NCBI GenBank assembly: GCA_951406725.2
Contig: OX597821.1
Coordinates: forward strand, 106,082,001-106,146,000
Source of the DNA: Octopus vulgaris
Taxonomy: Eukaryota
Direction of reading: 5' to 3'
Length of the DNA stretch: 64,000 bases
Shown piece after piece: positions 32,346 to 45,115 of this stretch. Within the stretch, counting starts at the first letter, position 1. Each line of letters starts with the position of its first letter. A model generated the notes under the pieces. The model had not been told where the DNA came from. It did no database searches and was given only the letters and a program-made list of their open reading frames with translations. The position numbers were made by a program, and so were the translations under genes.

Positions 32346-32880
32346 GCGCACACCACAACATATGACAATAGTGGATCCTGCAAACATAATAAATACACAG
32401 GTAATTAAAGAAATAGAAATGAATATCTATATATATGTATATGTGTATATATATGTATATGTATATGTGTATATATGTGTGTATATATGTATATATATAT
32501 ATATGTATATGTATATGTATGTATATATATATATGTATATGTATATTCTTTTTTTTTTTTTTTTTTCTCGATTAGATTTATTATTATTATTACTAATATT
32601 GTTGTTATACATACATACAAGCATATGTAATGATAATAATGGATGGATGTAAACACATGAACAAAATTAGAACAAAAGCAACAACAACAAAAACAAAATA
32701 CAAATTACAAGAATGTATATAACCAGAAGATACAAATATTACAGGCATCCCCCCACATACACTAAATAAACATAGACGCACATAGAGATATAAGCATGCG
32801 CAAATGAAGACATACAATAGAAATACAAAATGGCTGACGGTTAGTAAGGAGAGACACAAGTAAGTGAGAAGAAAACAAAG

Positions 32881-32924
32881 GACCACTGATGCGGTCACAG
32901 GAGTGTGACGAAAGAACTTTGGCC
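32881..32924 (+). ncRNA. Hammerhead-like motif with core variant CUGAUGC
   Basis: cca-CTGATGC-g-gtcaca/tgtgac-GAAA-gaac-TT-tgg; perfect 6-bp stem II and a cca/tgg stem I. Confidence 0.55.
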
Positions 32925-33099
32925 GAAATAAGATTAAGATTAATGTAAAAAATAAATATCACTGAAGCAAAATAACACCAAATATATAGTGCGTGTGTTT
33001 TTATTGGCTAAACTGGCAATATGACCATTCCGAAATATAACAATATCTGTTTCAACACACGACTTCACATAAAAAATCTTGCACAACAAATATTTAAAC

Positions 33100-33156
<57 letters not shown>

Positions 33157-33257
33157 ATGAAATGGTAAGACAACAAAAGAATGAAAGAGACCTCGATATT
33201 TTGTAAATAGAGGATTTTTTCTGTAAATGTAATATGTGACAATTATTCGTAGCCATG

Positions 33258-33318
33258 ATAAAACTCCGAGTTTCTTATGTCTGGGTGGAAATCCACGCCG
33301 CCATCTTTTCAGTTTTAT
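33258..33318 (-). ncRNA. Degenerate hammerhead-like motif
   Basis: Reverse complement: aaaa-CTGAAAA-gatg..gtgga/tccac hairpin..cataa-GAAA-ctcggag-TT-ttat; near-palindromic stem III, G8 changed. Confidence 0.4.
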
Positions 33319-33404
33319 ATGATGAGAGCTGACGGTGACAACGATGTTTCGGCTTTGACATAATATATCTGTGTGTGCGTGCGCGTGTGTCTGTGTACAA
33401 GATA

Positions 33405-33835
33405 AGAACGAAAAACTGAAATATATGCAATCATATTCATCCTGAAAATCCTGGAAGGTCTCGTACCAAACTTTGCCAATGAAAGTTACGCGAAAACTAG
33501 ATCGGGGCTCCAGTACTGAATGGGAAAATTCTCAATTTCGCCATCGAGATTCTTGGCAGATACAGCAACAGATAGGGATTCAATTGCCCAGAGATCTTAA
33601 ATATCCCACACAATAACCTAAGAGATATACATGTAGTGGATTTAGATACCTTCATAACAAAACTGGATTTCCTACTGTCAATAGTTCTGGATGAACCTAT
33701 CTCGTCGAGGTAAACACAGATATGGACAGAAAATATCACAATCCTACCAAAATTCAAATATCAGATTGGCTTTCAAGTAGTGAAATTGAATTAATATCAA
33801 CGTCGAAGCCCTGACATTGTCATCTAAACTAAAAC
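33405..33835 (+). mobile_element. Decayed CR1-like LINE 3' fragment
   Basis: Manual translation gives KILEGLVPNF and LRDIHVVDLDTFITKLDFLLSIVLDEP, resembling the C-terminus at 48092. Confidence 0.7.
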
Positions 33836-34153
33836 TAGTAAAATAATAAAAGAATAATATCCAATTATATATATGTTATGTGTATATACATATGTGTGTG
33901 TATACACATCGCACACGCACAAACACACACACATAAACACATATATGAATATATATCTATGCACATACATGCTTATGTGTGCGTACTGCGTGATAAGTAT
34001 ACAGAGCTAAAGAGTGAGAGAGAGAGAGAGAGAGAGTGAGAAAGAGAGAGACCCTCTCAAACCATGCGTATAAAGGCAAACAAATTACATGTCGTTATAT
34101 GATGAATGCGTATGTGTGTGTTAGTATCACTATGCCAGCGAAGGTTTAATATG

Positions 34154-34187
<34 letters not shown>

Positions 34188-34894
34188 TCAATATATACAT
34201 ATATAATACATACATATATATATATATGTGTGCGTGTATATGTATATCAATGTGATTCATGTGATTACTAATACATGTGTGCTTGCATGTGCGTTTGCAT
34301 GATTGGCTGTTGTAAATACTTCTAATACCTATTTTATTTTACGAAGAAGACAGAAATCAATACCCCTGTCATATAGATGTCATATCAATCTATGATGTTT
34401 CGAGATGGATTTATGGAAAATAGTCTTGCGGTGTGAAATATTTCCTGCTCTTTTCTGTTCCAAAAACTAGCATGTTTTCTTTTCTTAATGATTATTTTTG
34501 GTTTTTCTTTCTTATTTACAATATTTTGTAAAAAGAATGGCTTATTATCTCTTGAAGAATTATTCTTTGAATGTATTTCTGTCTAAGTATTGCTTCATGT
34601 TTTATCTTCATAACTGAATACATGCCAGTTCGCTTTGAATATATACAGTTTTGTATTTTATTATTGTTATATTATATCTGTAGCGTTATTCATGAATGAT
34701 ACGAATGAAGTTTAGAAGTCTTGGTAACTGCGTTTGATGTATTTATACATCGTTTTAGTTTGTATATTTTCAGCATTTGCACAACTTAATTATATGCGTG
34801 TTATTTGTCTTTAAACGCTGAGCTCAGACTTAAAACTTTGCAGTAGTTATTTACTATATCTAATTTTCTGACCATCAATTATATAGATTTCATG

Positions 34895-35503
34895 TTTTGG
34901 CACAAGGCCAGCATTTTCGGGCGAATGGGTAAATCGATTATATCGACCCCAGTGCTCAAGTACTGCTTATTTTTCCGATTCTGAAAGAATGAAAAGTAAA
35001 GTCGACCTCCGCTAAATTTGAACTCAAAGAGTAAAGAAAGACAGACGCGATGCCGCAAATCATTTTGTATAGCATGTTATCTCTTTCGCGGAGGCGCAAT
35101 GGCCCAGTGGTTAGGGCAGCGGATTCGCGGTCGTAGGATCGCGGTTTCGATTCCCAGACCGGGCGTTGTGAGTGTTTATTGAGCGAAAACACCTAAAAGC
35201 TCCACGAGGCTCCGGCAGGGGATGGTGGTGATCCCTGCTGTACTCTTTCACCACAACTTTCTCTCACTCTTACTTCCTGTTTCTGTTGTACCTGTATTTC
35301 AAAGGGCCGGCCTTGTCACTCTCTGTGTCACGCTGAATATCCCCGAGAACTACGTTAAGGGTACACGTGTCTGTGGAGTGCTCAGCCACTTACACGTTAA
35401 ATTCACGACTAGGCTGTTCCGTTGATCGGATCAACCGGAACCCTCGTCGTCGTAACCGACGGAGTGCTTCCTCCTATATCTCTTTCGCTAGCGCGCCACC
35501 TTA
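34895..35503 (-). mobile_element. SINE family C interrupted by a younger SINE
   Basis: ttttggcacaaggccagc...atttgaactc, resuming at gctagcgcgccacctt after the insertion. Confidence 0.75.
35090..35476 (+). mobile_element. Full-length tRNA-derived SINE (head B, tail 1)
   Basis: A box tggcccagtggttagg, B box ggtttcgattccc; 12-bp TSD tatctctttcgc at 35078-35089 and 35477-35488. Confidence 0.92.
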
Positions 35504-36230
35504 AGGACCATGAATCACATTAAGAGAAGTTATGTAACAAGAAGAACAGTGAAACCGTATTAATAAAGTCCTACAACCAGTCTCAAAAGTTTAAGCAGTC
35601 AACCACCTCCAGATCTATTTGAGCATCAGGCGTGCTCAATAAACAATTGATTTCAACGTGATTGTTGCAAGCAGTGACGAGACGAAGAACCAATAAATAC
35701 ATGGATATTAACGTGTTTTTTTTTTGTCTTTTATCTTTTTTCTTGTTCTAGTCCTTGCATTGCAACCATACTGGTGGCACCGCCTTGAAGAGTTTAATCG
35801 AACAAAAGGACCCCGGCACATATTTCTTCTTAAAGTCTGGGTTGTATTTCATCCATCTCTTCTGCAGAATCTACATCGGTTGTCAATTCGCAGTGCGGGA
35901 ACAACACAAAGATAAACACACGCACATATACACTCTCTAATTCAACCACAATCTGTCATACACATATATAAGATGGGGCTCAATATAATTTCCATATACC
36001 AAATAAAACTACGTGGTTTGGTCGAAACGAACTATAACAAAAAGCACCCGTTTTAGCATGCAATGTGACTGAACCCCACAAGGAATCCATGGAATGAAAC
36101 AGCCCTGCCTTCACTTATATATAATAGAAGTATATAAACAATAAATTTGTCTGAGATAAACTTCGCACAAAAAACATGTAAACATGAGTAAGGTTACGTA
36201 TGTAATACAGGGATGATATAATATTTTAAC

Positions 36231-36661
36231 GGATATATTCGGTTTGACCGGCAGTTTTTTCTAGCGGTGTCATATGAAATTGTCACCCATAATTATGACC
36301 CTAGTATCGATCTATTGCATTTCAATCTGTTTTAGGTTTAGGGTTAGAGTTAGGGTTAGTTAGGGTTAAGTTTAGGGGTGGGGGAAGGGTATCTTTTTTT
36401 CTTCACAAATGTAAATAAACCCAATCTGTTTCTTAAACGAGGGACATATTCATACGGCACATAATGTTTTCACCTCAATACTCGTCATTGATTGGTTGAA
36501 ATTGCAGAAACTGAAGGAAAAATACAACAAATATCTTACAAACTAGAGAATTTTCTCAATAAAACCAAGAGAAAAAGATGTTTTATAAACACATTCTACC
36601 AGTATACGTTTAGTTACGTGGAAATTATTTTAAAAATCTGCCGGTCAAACCGAAAAGATCC
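36231..36661 (-). mobile_element. Complete MITE with ~28-bp TIRs, 8-bp TSD and internal TTAGGG repeats
   Basis: ggatatattcggtttgaccggcag / ctgccggtcaaaccgaaaagatcc; TSD attttaac on both sides. Confidence 0.9.
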
Positions 36662-36842
36662 ATTTTAACTAATAATGAAATGCGTCTGATGATAAACATA
36701 TTCGTGGTAGGCAAGTGCACCTTATAGCATCTCTGTTACTATAAAAGACAACGATCGGCATTTACCTGTCTAATTATGTAGCGCCAGTGATGTAAGTAAA
36801 TATTATTTATTGTCTCTTCTACATTATTGTTTCCAAAGCAGA

Positions 36843-37060
36843 AAGTGGCGAGGTAGCAGAATTGTTAGCAAGCTGGGCGAAATTATTAGCCGTATGTCGC
36901 CTGTCGCTACGTTCTGAGTTCAAGTTCCGTCGAGGTTGACTTTGCATTTCATCCTTTCGATATCGATAAAATAAGTGCCAGCTGAGTACAAGAGTCGATG
37001 TAATCGACTCAGCCCACCTCCCGCAAGCTGCCGTTCTGGCAAAAATTTGAAATAATTATT
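36843..37060 (+). mobile_element. SINE family C
   Basis: gtggcgaggtagcagaattgttagc...gagttcaagttccg..catttcatcctttcg. Confidence 0.8.
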
Positions 37061-37663
37061 ATTTCCGAAGCATGTGTTTAAACCGAAGGCAGAGTAATCA
37101 TAAGGCATTGTCGATAAACCGACATTGGTTTTTATCAAATGCGTTGTGGTAATGATAATTCCCGTAAAAAATTCCACGCTGTAGGAGTGATTTGATCTGG
37201 AAATCTTACTTTACAGATCTTAGCACATAAAGGTTCTACTGTATTTATATTTCTGCTGTTCTTCTTTCGTTTTCTACATTTTTCTCTGTATGGAACAGTG
37301 TATCATTTTTAATCGTTGATCCATGAATGTCAGACAAGCGTGTACATACACACGCATCAACAATTCAGAGACACTCAAAAACATGCAGACACGCACGCAC
37401 GCTCATTTTGTCTATATTGCCTAGCCATCCGGCCCACCTAGTAAGAGACTGATTCGTCCTAAATAGAAATATCAGTTATCCCTATACGGAGTGCTTTTTC
37501 GTCTGACAGTCAGCACTAATACACGTGTCTGTGTGTGTGTACATGTGCGTTATTGATGTGTACACAAAGACTAACACACACACACACACTCACATATATT
37601 GTCTAAGCCATAAACGTATATAAAACTATCGAAAGAATGTGAACTAATTCTTTTTGGGAAATG

Positions 37664-38073
37664 GCGATCTTTTTGGTTTGAACGGCAGTTTTTTCTAGCG
37701 GTGTCATATGAAATTGTCACCCATAAGTATGACCCTAGTATCGATCTGTTGCATTTTAATCTGTTTTAGGTTTAGGGTTAGAGTTAGGGTGGGGGAAAGG
37801 GTATCTTTTTTCTTCACAAATGTAAATAAACCTAATCTGTTTCTTAAACGAGGGACATATTCATACGGCACAGAATGTTGTTTACCTCAATGGACGTCAT
37901 TGATTGTTTGAAATTGCAGAAATTGAAAAAAAACAACAACAAATATCTTACAAACTATAGAATTTTCTCAATAAAGCCAAGAGAAAAAGATGTTCTACCA
38001 GTATACGAAGTTTAAAATTTTTTTAGTTACCTAGAAATTATGTTAAAAACTGCTGTTCTAACCGAAAAGATCC
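37664..38073 (-). mobile_element. MITE of the same TTAGGG family
   Basis: gatctttttggtttgaacggcag ... ctgctgttctaaccgaaaagatcc; internal ttagggttagagttaggg. Confidence 0.88.
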
Positions 38074-38470
38074 CAAAAATGTTGTAAATAACAGCATATT
38101 TTCAAACCGAATATTTAGCATTTTGGTGCGTTGAGAACCAATTCTCACTCGAAATTTAAGTGTGCTACGTATTTTGTTTTTATACTTCACCAATTTCAGC
38201 CTTTAGATTTCAAAGAGATGGAGGAGGCAGTGAGAACTTTGCGTAATTTATTAATAGCGTTTTCATCCGATTTATCGAACTCGTCAATATATAATATCTT
38301 GAAGTTTTATTGGACTGACGAAAGCGCTAAGTATGTCTTATCCAAAATTCTGACTGCCTCCTTCTTAATATACAATATATGTACACCACTTCAAACACTC
38401 TACACACACACACACACACACACATACACACACATACACACACACACGCGCGCTCGTATATATATATATA

Positions 38471-38828
38471 AAGAAGAAGAAGAAGAAGAAGAAGAAGAAG
38501 AAGAAAAAAGAAGACGACGACGATGACGAAGAAGAAGAAGAGGAAGTAGAAGAATGAGAACAAGAACAAGAACAAGAACAAGTAGAAGAAGAACAAGAAC
38601 AAGAACAAGAAGAAAAAGAAGAAGAAAAGGAAGGAGAAGAAAAGAAGAAGAACAAGAAGAAAGAGAAGGAGAAGAAAAAGAAGAACAAGAACAAGAAGAA
38701 GAAAAAGAAGAAGAGAAAGAAAAAGAAAAAACGAAGAAGAAGTAGAAGAAGAACAAGCAGAAGAAGAAACGGAAGAAGAAGAAGAAGAACAACAACAACA
38801 ACAAGAAAAAGAAGAGAAAGAAGAAGAA
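38471..38828 (+). repeat. (GAA)n-derived purine-rich tract with GAACAA subrepeats
   Basis: Directly visible. Confidence 0.95.
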
Positions 38829-38842
38829 CGTATATAAATAAA

Positions 38843-39204
38843 AGGGTTTCAAACCGTTACATGTTAAAAATATAAAGCCATTTTATAACTAATATTAGAT
38901 CTCTTCTCAATAAAAACTGTCTGCGGCCGACATGATAAATAGAATACAGAACTAGCCCCAAAGTGAAGTCTTGATTTATTTCTATCTATAGGAATATTTT
39001 CCCTCGACAAAACGAATCGGTCTCTTAAGAGGTCCTTAACGTCGAAATTGCAATGGGGAATTAACGAGTTATTTTTAAGTTGTGGATTCTATTTTTCATG
39101 TCGCCTACAGCCAGTTTTTATTGTGAAGAGAAATAATGTGAGTGATAAAATACCTTTATAGCCGTTTTGGCTGCTATTTTTAAAATGTAAGTGTTTTGAA
39201 ACCT
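38843..39204. mobile_element. Old fold-back MITE with ~110-bp imperfect inverted arms
   Basis: ctcttctcaataaaaactgtctgcggccgacatgataaatagaat pairs with attctatttttcatgtcgcctacagccagtttttattgtgaagag; ends ggtttcaaa/tttgaaacc. Confidence 0.7.
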
Positions 39205-39359
39205 TCACAGTTATAAGTGTGACTCGTTCATAATTATAGAGGTTCTTCTATATATTTTATAACATGTTTGGCCATTGATATATTCATAAATAATCTTAAT
39301 TTTTTATAATATATCATACGTAATGGTTTATTACATTACTTTTTAAACATACACACACA

Positions 39360-39468
<109 letters not shown>

Positions 39469-39714
39469 AATTATAAATGGGGGTGAAAAATCGATATTAA
39501 TTTAATAATACCATCAATTTAACACCAAGTGGCTTAGCACAAAAAACTACGGAGAAAATACAAATTTATACATAAATTATTAGAGAGTTATCCACTATGT
39601 GGATAACCCTAGTGCTAAAAATAGCTCCGAAGCAACCACAGAAGATCCGTTTCCAACTAGAATCAACACACATTTAACTGAAGGAAAGTGAAATACAACG
39701 AATAAAATAGATTG

Positions 39715-39790
39715 ACTCTATACAATTGTTTCATTACTAATGCAATATGTAGTTTTACTTACACTTGCATCCATAAATCTTCGGTAGAGT
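39715..39790 (-). ncRNA. Type I hammerhead ribozyme (U4C core variant)
   Basis: Reverse complement of the 40371-40446 motif. Confidence 0.75.
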
Positions 39791-40370
39791 TTGTCAGAAA
39801 TGCAATTAATTAGATCGATTCGAGCGTCAAAAACACGAGCGGTCCAACCAATTACATTTTTGGTTATGTCTCAAATTCCGCGCCAAAAGCATGCCTAGAC
39901 TCCATTGGAAACGTATGCCGCATCAAATAAAATATTAACTGCCGCATGGTTAAATTTATAAAATTATAAATGAGGGTGAAAAATCGATATTAATTTAATA
40001 ATACCATCAATTTAACACCAAGTGGCTTAGTACAAAAAACTACGGAGAAAATACAAATTTATACATAAATTATTAGAGAGTTATCCACTATGTGGATAAC
40101 CCTAGTGCTAAAAATAGCTACGAAGCAACCACAGAAGATCCGTTTCCAACTAGAATCAAATATTAAATTAATATCGATTTTTCACCCTCATTTATAATTC
40201 TATAAATTTAACCATGCGGCATTTAATATTTTATTTGATGCGGCATACGTTTCCAATGGAGTCTAGGCATGCTTTTGGCGCAGAATTTGAGACATAACCA
40301 AAAATGTAATTGGTTGGACCGCTCGTGTTTTTGACGCTCGAATCGATCTAATTAATTGCATTTCTGACAC

Positions 40371-40446
40371 ACTCTACCGAAGATTTATGGATGCAAGTGT
40401 AAGTAAAACTACATATTGCATTAGTAATGAAACAATTGTATAGAGT
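40371..40446 (+). ncRNA. Type I hammerhead ribozyme (U4C core variant)
   Basis: actcta-CCGAAGA-long stem II (atgcaa/ttgcat)-GAAA-caattg-TA-tagagt; perfect 6-bp stem I, palindromic stem III, GUA triplet. Confidence 0.75.
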
Positions 40447-41381
40447 CAATCTATTTTATTCGTTGTATTTCACTTTCCTTCAGTTAAATGTGTGTTGATT
40501 CTAGTTGGAAACGGATCTTCTGTGGTTGCTTCGGAGCTATTTTTAGCACTAGGGTTATCCACATAGTGGATAACTCTCTAATAATTTATGTATATATATA
40601 TATATATATATACACACGGCGGGTTTCTTTCACATTCCGTCTCCCGAATCGATTTGCAAGGCTTTTATCCGCCCGGAAATAAGGCAGAAACACTTGTGCA
40701 AAGTGCCACACCGTGGGATTGAACCCAGACCTATAGGCCTATGTGGTGGACAAGCAAACCTTCTTACCAGGTAGGAACATGCAGAAATATTTTCACAGAC
40801 CCATACTTATATACTGCCATATTTTCAGATAGTCATATTTGCAAAGTTCTATGCGTAAACACTACGATACCTTGTAATGAAACTTGAGATAAAATAAGAT
40901 TGCAACGAACTATTCTCAGGTTATTATAACTCATAGGTCGATAATTAAAAGAAGATTACCTATTGGTAACTGCCAAAATTGTAATTATCAGGATAAATTT
41001 AATTATATATTACGACAGACGAATATTTTGATCGATAGAAGGCTATGTAGAAACCGAGACACGAATAAAGAAACGTGTGGGTGGATAATTTGACAAAAAG
41101 ACAGATAAAAGCAGAGACGAAGTATTACAGAGTATAACGCTATATAATGAGTTCAGCTTCGTTAATCACCCCACACATAAATTGTGACCTATTTTCCTCA
41201 TTCTTATCTTTAACTATTTGCTCTTTCTTTTATTCGTATAGTAATTCCATTGATGTCTTTATGTATGAGGCAATTTCTCGGTGTTCGTTATAATATACGA
41301 AAAGGTTATACCGGTAAATTTCACTGCAGTCTCGATTCCCGTAATATCTTAAAACTACATTTGTTAATAAAACGCGAGAAA

Positions 41382-41413
<32 letters not shown>

Positions 41414-41419
41414 GTATAT

Positions 41420-41463
<44 letters not shown>

Positions 41464-41467
<4 letters not shown>

Positions 41468-41758
41468 GCACATGGCCTAGTGGTTAGAGAAGCGGACTCG
41501 CGGTCGAGGGATCGTGGGTTCGAATCTCAAACCGGGCGATGCGTGTGTTAATGAGTGAAACACCTAAGCTCAACGCGGCTCCGGCGGAATGTAATAGCGA
41601 ACCTCTGCTGACTCTTTCGCCACTACTTTCACTCTTTCTTCCTGCATCTTGCAGCTCACTTGCGACGAACCGGCGTCCCGTCCAGGTGGGGAATCTATGC
41701 ACCAAGGAAACCGGGAAACGGGCCATAATGAGCCTGGCGTGGCTCGAGAAGGGTCATA
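41464..41758 (+). mobile_element. tRNA-derived SINE (head B, tail 3)
   Basis: tggcctagtggttag..gggttcgaatctc; tail ggcgtcccgtccaggtggggaa..gaaaccgggaaacgggcc. Confidence 0.85.
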
Positions 41759-41760
41759 CG

Positions 41761-41817
<57 letters not shown>

Positions 41818-42085
41818 GAAACAATGAATACGGATGACATATTATACTGGAAACTTATTTACACAACAATCCTTTCGACACATCTTATATACCTCTCTCT
41901 CGGGTTGGAGCCTATATAATGGATTACGGTGCACCCTACGATGCTGAGGAGTCTTCAGGTGATGCAACACGGTTTCTCGTTACATAACAATGACCACATT
42001 ACTTTTTTTAAATGTCTGTTATTTATTCTATCAGATTTTTTCCGAACCGCTAAGTAGAGAGACCTAAACGAAACCACGCAACCCT

Positions 42086-42188
42086 TCACGTGAAGAGATG
42101 ATTCAGTATCAGGCGATTCGCCATAATTCATCTTTATAGTTTTCCACCCGTGAGGGAGCGATGCAGAATGTCGAAACGATCGTAGTGA
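42086..42188 (+). ncRNA. Hammerhead motif (C3 mutated) in a PLE-like fragment
   Basis: tcac-gTGAAGA-gatgattc...gaatgtc-GAAA-cgatcg-TA-gtga; palindromic stem III ACGATCGT, followed by aataaa. Confidence 0.6.
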
Positions 42189-42459
42189 TAAATAAAGTTT
42201 ACAGTAATCTATCTCCTTTATCCATTATTTCAACTATACTCAATGTGCACCAAGGTATTCTTAATGTAGATGCAGTGATGATTGTGCAGTTAGCGCTGAT
42301 GACCAGGTAGTCATAGGATGCAGAGGTACTTTCTCGGCATACTACTAAAGGCTGCCCAAAACGTAAAGGTTAAATTATTAAGTTTAAAATCTTAAATTTT
42401 AACTTTTATACCTTTATATTTCTCGCATTATGACGAAGTATTTCGTCATCTCTGCGATA

Positions 42460-43951
42460 CTGGACCAAACACATGGACAAACCAGAGGAGACAAACAATG
42501 ACAGACAAAACAAAAAAGTGGGGAAAGATTAAAATCGAATGAAAAGAATGGTAATGATAAATGAAAAGGTAGAACGACGTCAACTCGAGCCCCACATTCA
42601 TTGAACATTTTGAGAAAGAGTTTGTAAACAGTTATTCAATTTCTGTCTCTTTGTCCTTGCTGTTTGCTGCTTGCATTGCATATTCAGTGTTCTTTTAGGG
42701 ATTAGCTATTTTCTGGCTGTCTGTGTTTCTAAGGATTTTATCTGCGTTCCTATCTCTTCTTCTGAGCTTTTTTTTTGTTTCTTTGTCCTTGTATATTGCT
42801 TGTGTTGTATATTCAGTGTTCTTTTTTGGGGTATTTTTTTCCTTCTTGCTGTCTGCGTTTGTAATGTATTTTTTCTGCATTCGTATCTGTTCTCTGTGCA
42901 TTCATGTTAAACTTTTCTCTTCTTCCTCCCTGCAACTGACAATTCCTCATCACTTACCTCTGGCGAGCAATTCTCCTTCTCCACAGTGTTCCTGCTTCTC
43001 TTTCTCTTCACTTGGAGCTTCCTCGTTAGGCTTCTCTTGCTGTACCTGTGGTTGATCCTGTTTTTTTTTTTTCCTTGTGCTTCAGGTTGAAGGGCCTGGG
43101 GCATGTTTTCCTTATATGCATCTTCAGTCTGCACTCGAAACATCTTGGGATTCTATCTTGGCCCGAGACTCTCAGTTTTGCCTCATCCGGCAGAATTAGA
43201 AATTCTGGAATTACCTCCAGTTTCGCTGGTTTCGCTTGAATTGTCGCCCGAAGACTCCCTCCACACCAGTTCTGCACTTTTTACTCCTCGAACTTCAGGA
43301 TATTGGAGCAATCGTGCCAGAAGCCACGCCGATCTAATTTCAGGTGGATAACTTTCTATTGCAAATTTTGTGGGTTTTTTTTGCCAAGGTATGAGGGTAC
43401 AAGAGCCAGCTCCTTCGTCTGCAGGGTGAGCGCGGAATCATGCCTAGCGTCGTATTCTGACATGAATTGTACCTCCACGGTACCGAATTTCTTTCCTCTT
43501 TTCATGAATGCCACCTTGAACATAATAGGCTTCAGGGCCTTTTCAATTTCTTCCGTAGATGCTATCTCTAGTTTCTTTGTTGTAAGGGATAGTGTTCTAT
43601 AAATTATCGTTCTTTTTCTTGTTTCTTCTGTGGCTTCCTTGGGGGAAGTTAATCTCTCATGTTTGCTCCCACTCCTCGCAAAAATGGTTGGAATTTTTCA
43701 CGGCCCCTGATCTGATGTTGGATCTTCTTTGCTTTTTACCGACCGCTGCTGCATAATCTTCGACACTTTCTTCCGAGTCGCTTTTGTACTCCGAGTCGAC
43801 GTTCTCCAGGGGTTCCAACACGTTAAACAAATCACTAGTCATTTTGTCCGGGCACAATTCCCACACAGAATGCAAATAACTCGCCCCTAACGGGGGAAGA
43901 ACTAGTGCACCAAGCTTGTCCAACGAACAATGTGTCGAAAGACACTAACTG
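42460..43951 (-). mobile_element. Decayed Tx1/L1-like element: ORF1 followed directly by a LINE-type 3' tail
   Basis: Zinc-knuckle-like CFECRLKMHIRKTC; tail ttgtttgtctcctct shared with 44050-44100. Confidence 0.7.
42900..43842 (-). pseudogene. ORF1/Gag-like zinc-knuckle protein with stops and frameshifts
   Basis: KRTIIYRT, FMKRGKKFGTVEVQF, LVPSY, LSPEIRSAW and RIPRCFEC align in order with the 25887 protein. Confidence 0.75.
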
Positions 43952-44047
43952 TTTTTAAACACGAGGCAGTCCCAATGGGAAAAACTGCAACAAAACGATA
44001 TCAACCACTAAATAACCATCCGCATCTCAAAGGCGTAGCTCGCAGAC

Positions 44048-45115
44048 TGTATTTCTTTATTGACTATAGGGGCATACATAGAGGAGACAAACAAGGACAG
44101 TTACAATAAAGGGGCGGAGTTACAAACATGATTCAAAAGGTACAATGAAATCGAGCAAGTGAAATCGAATGAAATTTATAAAATTGGATGATTATAATAA
44201 AAATATAATCTTCGGGTTTTTATTTAACCCGGATATTTTCTCTTTTATCCTTTGAAATCCGCTTTTGTTTTTGTCCTCCATATTTTCTTACCTTTTTCCG
44301 TCTTTTCACCTTCACCGGCTATACTAGCACGGCTCAATTTACTCTCGGTATTCTTACAACAGTCGTCCATTTTTTCGTGAACATTCCTTGGAAAAGGCAC
44401 TTTTTGTCCCAACGGATCTTACAAAGCAGGTGGCAGTTAAAATAACTCACCAACCGGCTTCCAGAGACAAAAATTGCCTGTCTTGAATCCCCTTGCACGC
44501 GTCATCCATTCTGTGTCTTTCAGTGTGGCTACTAAATAGAAAAAAGGCCCCTTCTTTTCCTTGTTAAGGGAGGAAGTCTGTACAAACTTAATTATGGACT
44601 CAGTTGAAAGTCGTACTCTTTCCGTCCACATCAGTTTTTCCACATAGGTCATCATGTCCCTAAGCTCCTCACAATGTACGACGACGTGCGCGATATTTTC
44701 ACTGACGCGCCCGCACCTCGGGAAAATGAGGGAGGTATCAAACCCGTGTTTCTACAGCCTCTCTGTCGGATCGGTAAGGCCGATCGGTAGAACTACGAAG
44801 CCAGGGATTTCTGGACGTTATCAACATACCTCGGCCCGAATGTCTATCCGAACAGGCTGGTTAGCAGTTCCTCATCGAAGCCTAGAAACTCCTCCAGGAT
44901 GTCGTCGGACTCATGCTCTACCAGCCCTCTATAAAAATCCGGAGTGGTAGCCCCGCCGCCGGTACCGTTCGCCCGGGAGAACAAAGTGAGGGCTTGTCTG
45001 CACTCCTTCTGCCATTCTCCCATTCTAGGTCCCCGCTTGATCCATGCGCCTACGTCGTTGTCTCTTTGATCAAGACAATATATTTTACGTGCTCCACCCC
45101 ACCCGTATTTCAAAG
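44048..45115 (-). mobile_element. Tx1/L1-like LINE 3' fragment (ORF2 C-terminus and 3' UTR)
   Basis: DFYRGL...PRCGRVSENIAHVVVHC (zf-RVT-like) ...WMTRARG; tail gtccttgtttgtctcctctatgtatgcccctatagtcaataaagaaata. Confidence 0.75.

Larger units (their letters stand above)
32008..33045 (+). mobile_element. 5'-truncated Penelope-like element with inverted pseudo-LTR
   Basis: 32008-32165 is the near-exact reverse complement of 32887-33045; encloses a GIY-YIG C-terminal fragment. Confidence 0.85.

Noticed and set aside
35090-35165. tRNA-like sequence with A and B boxes
   Set aside because: It continues into a SINE body bounded by a TSD, so it is a SINE head and not a tRNA gene
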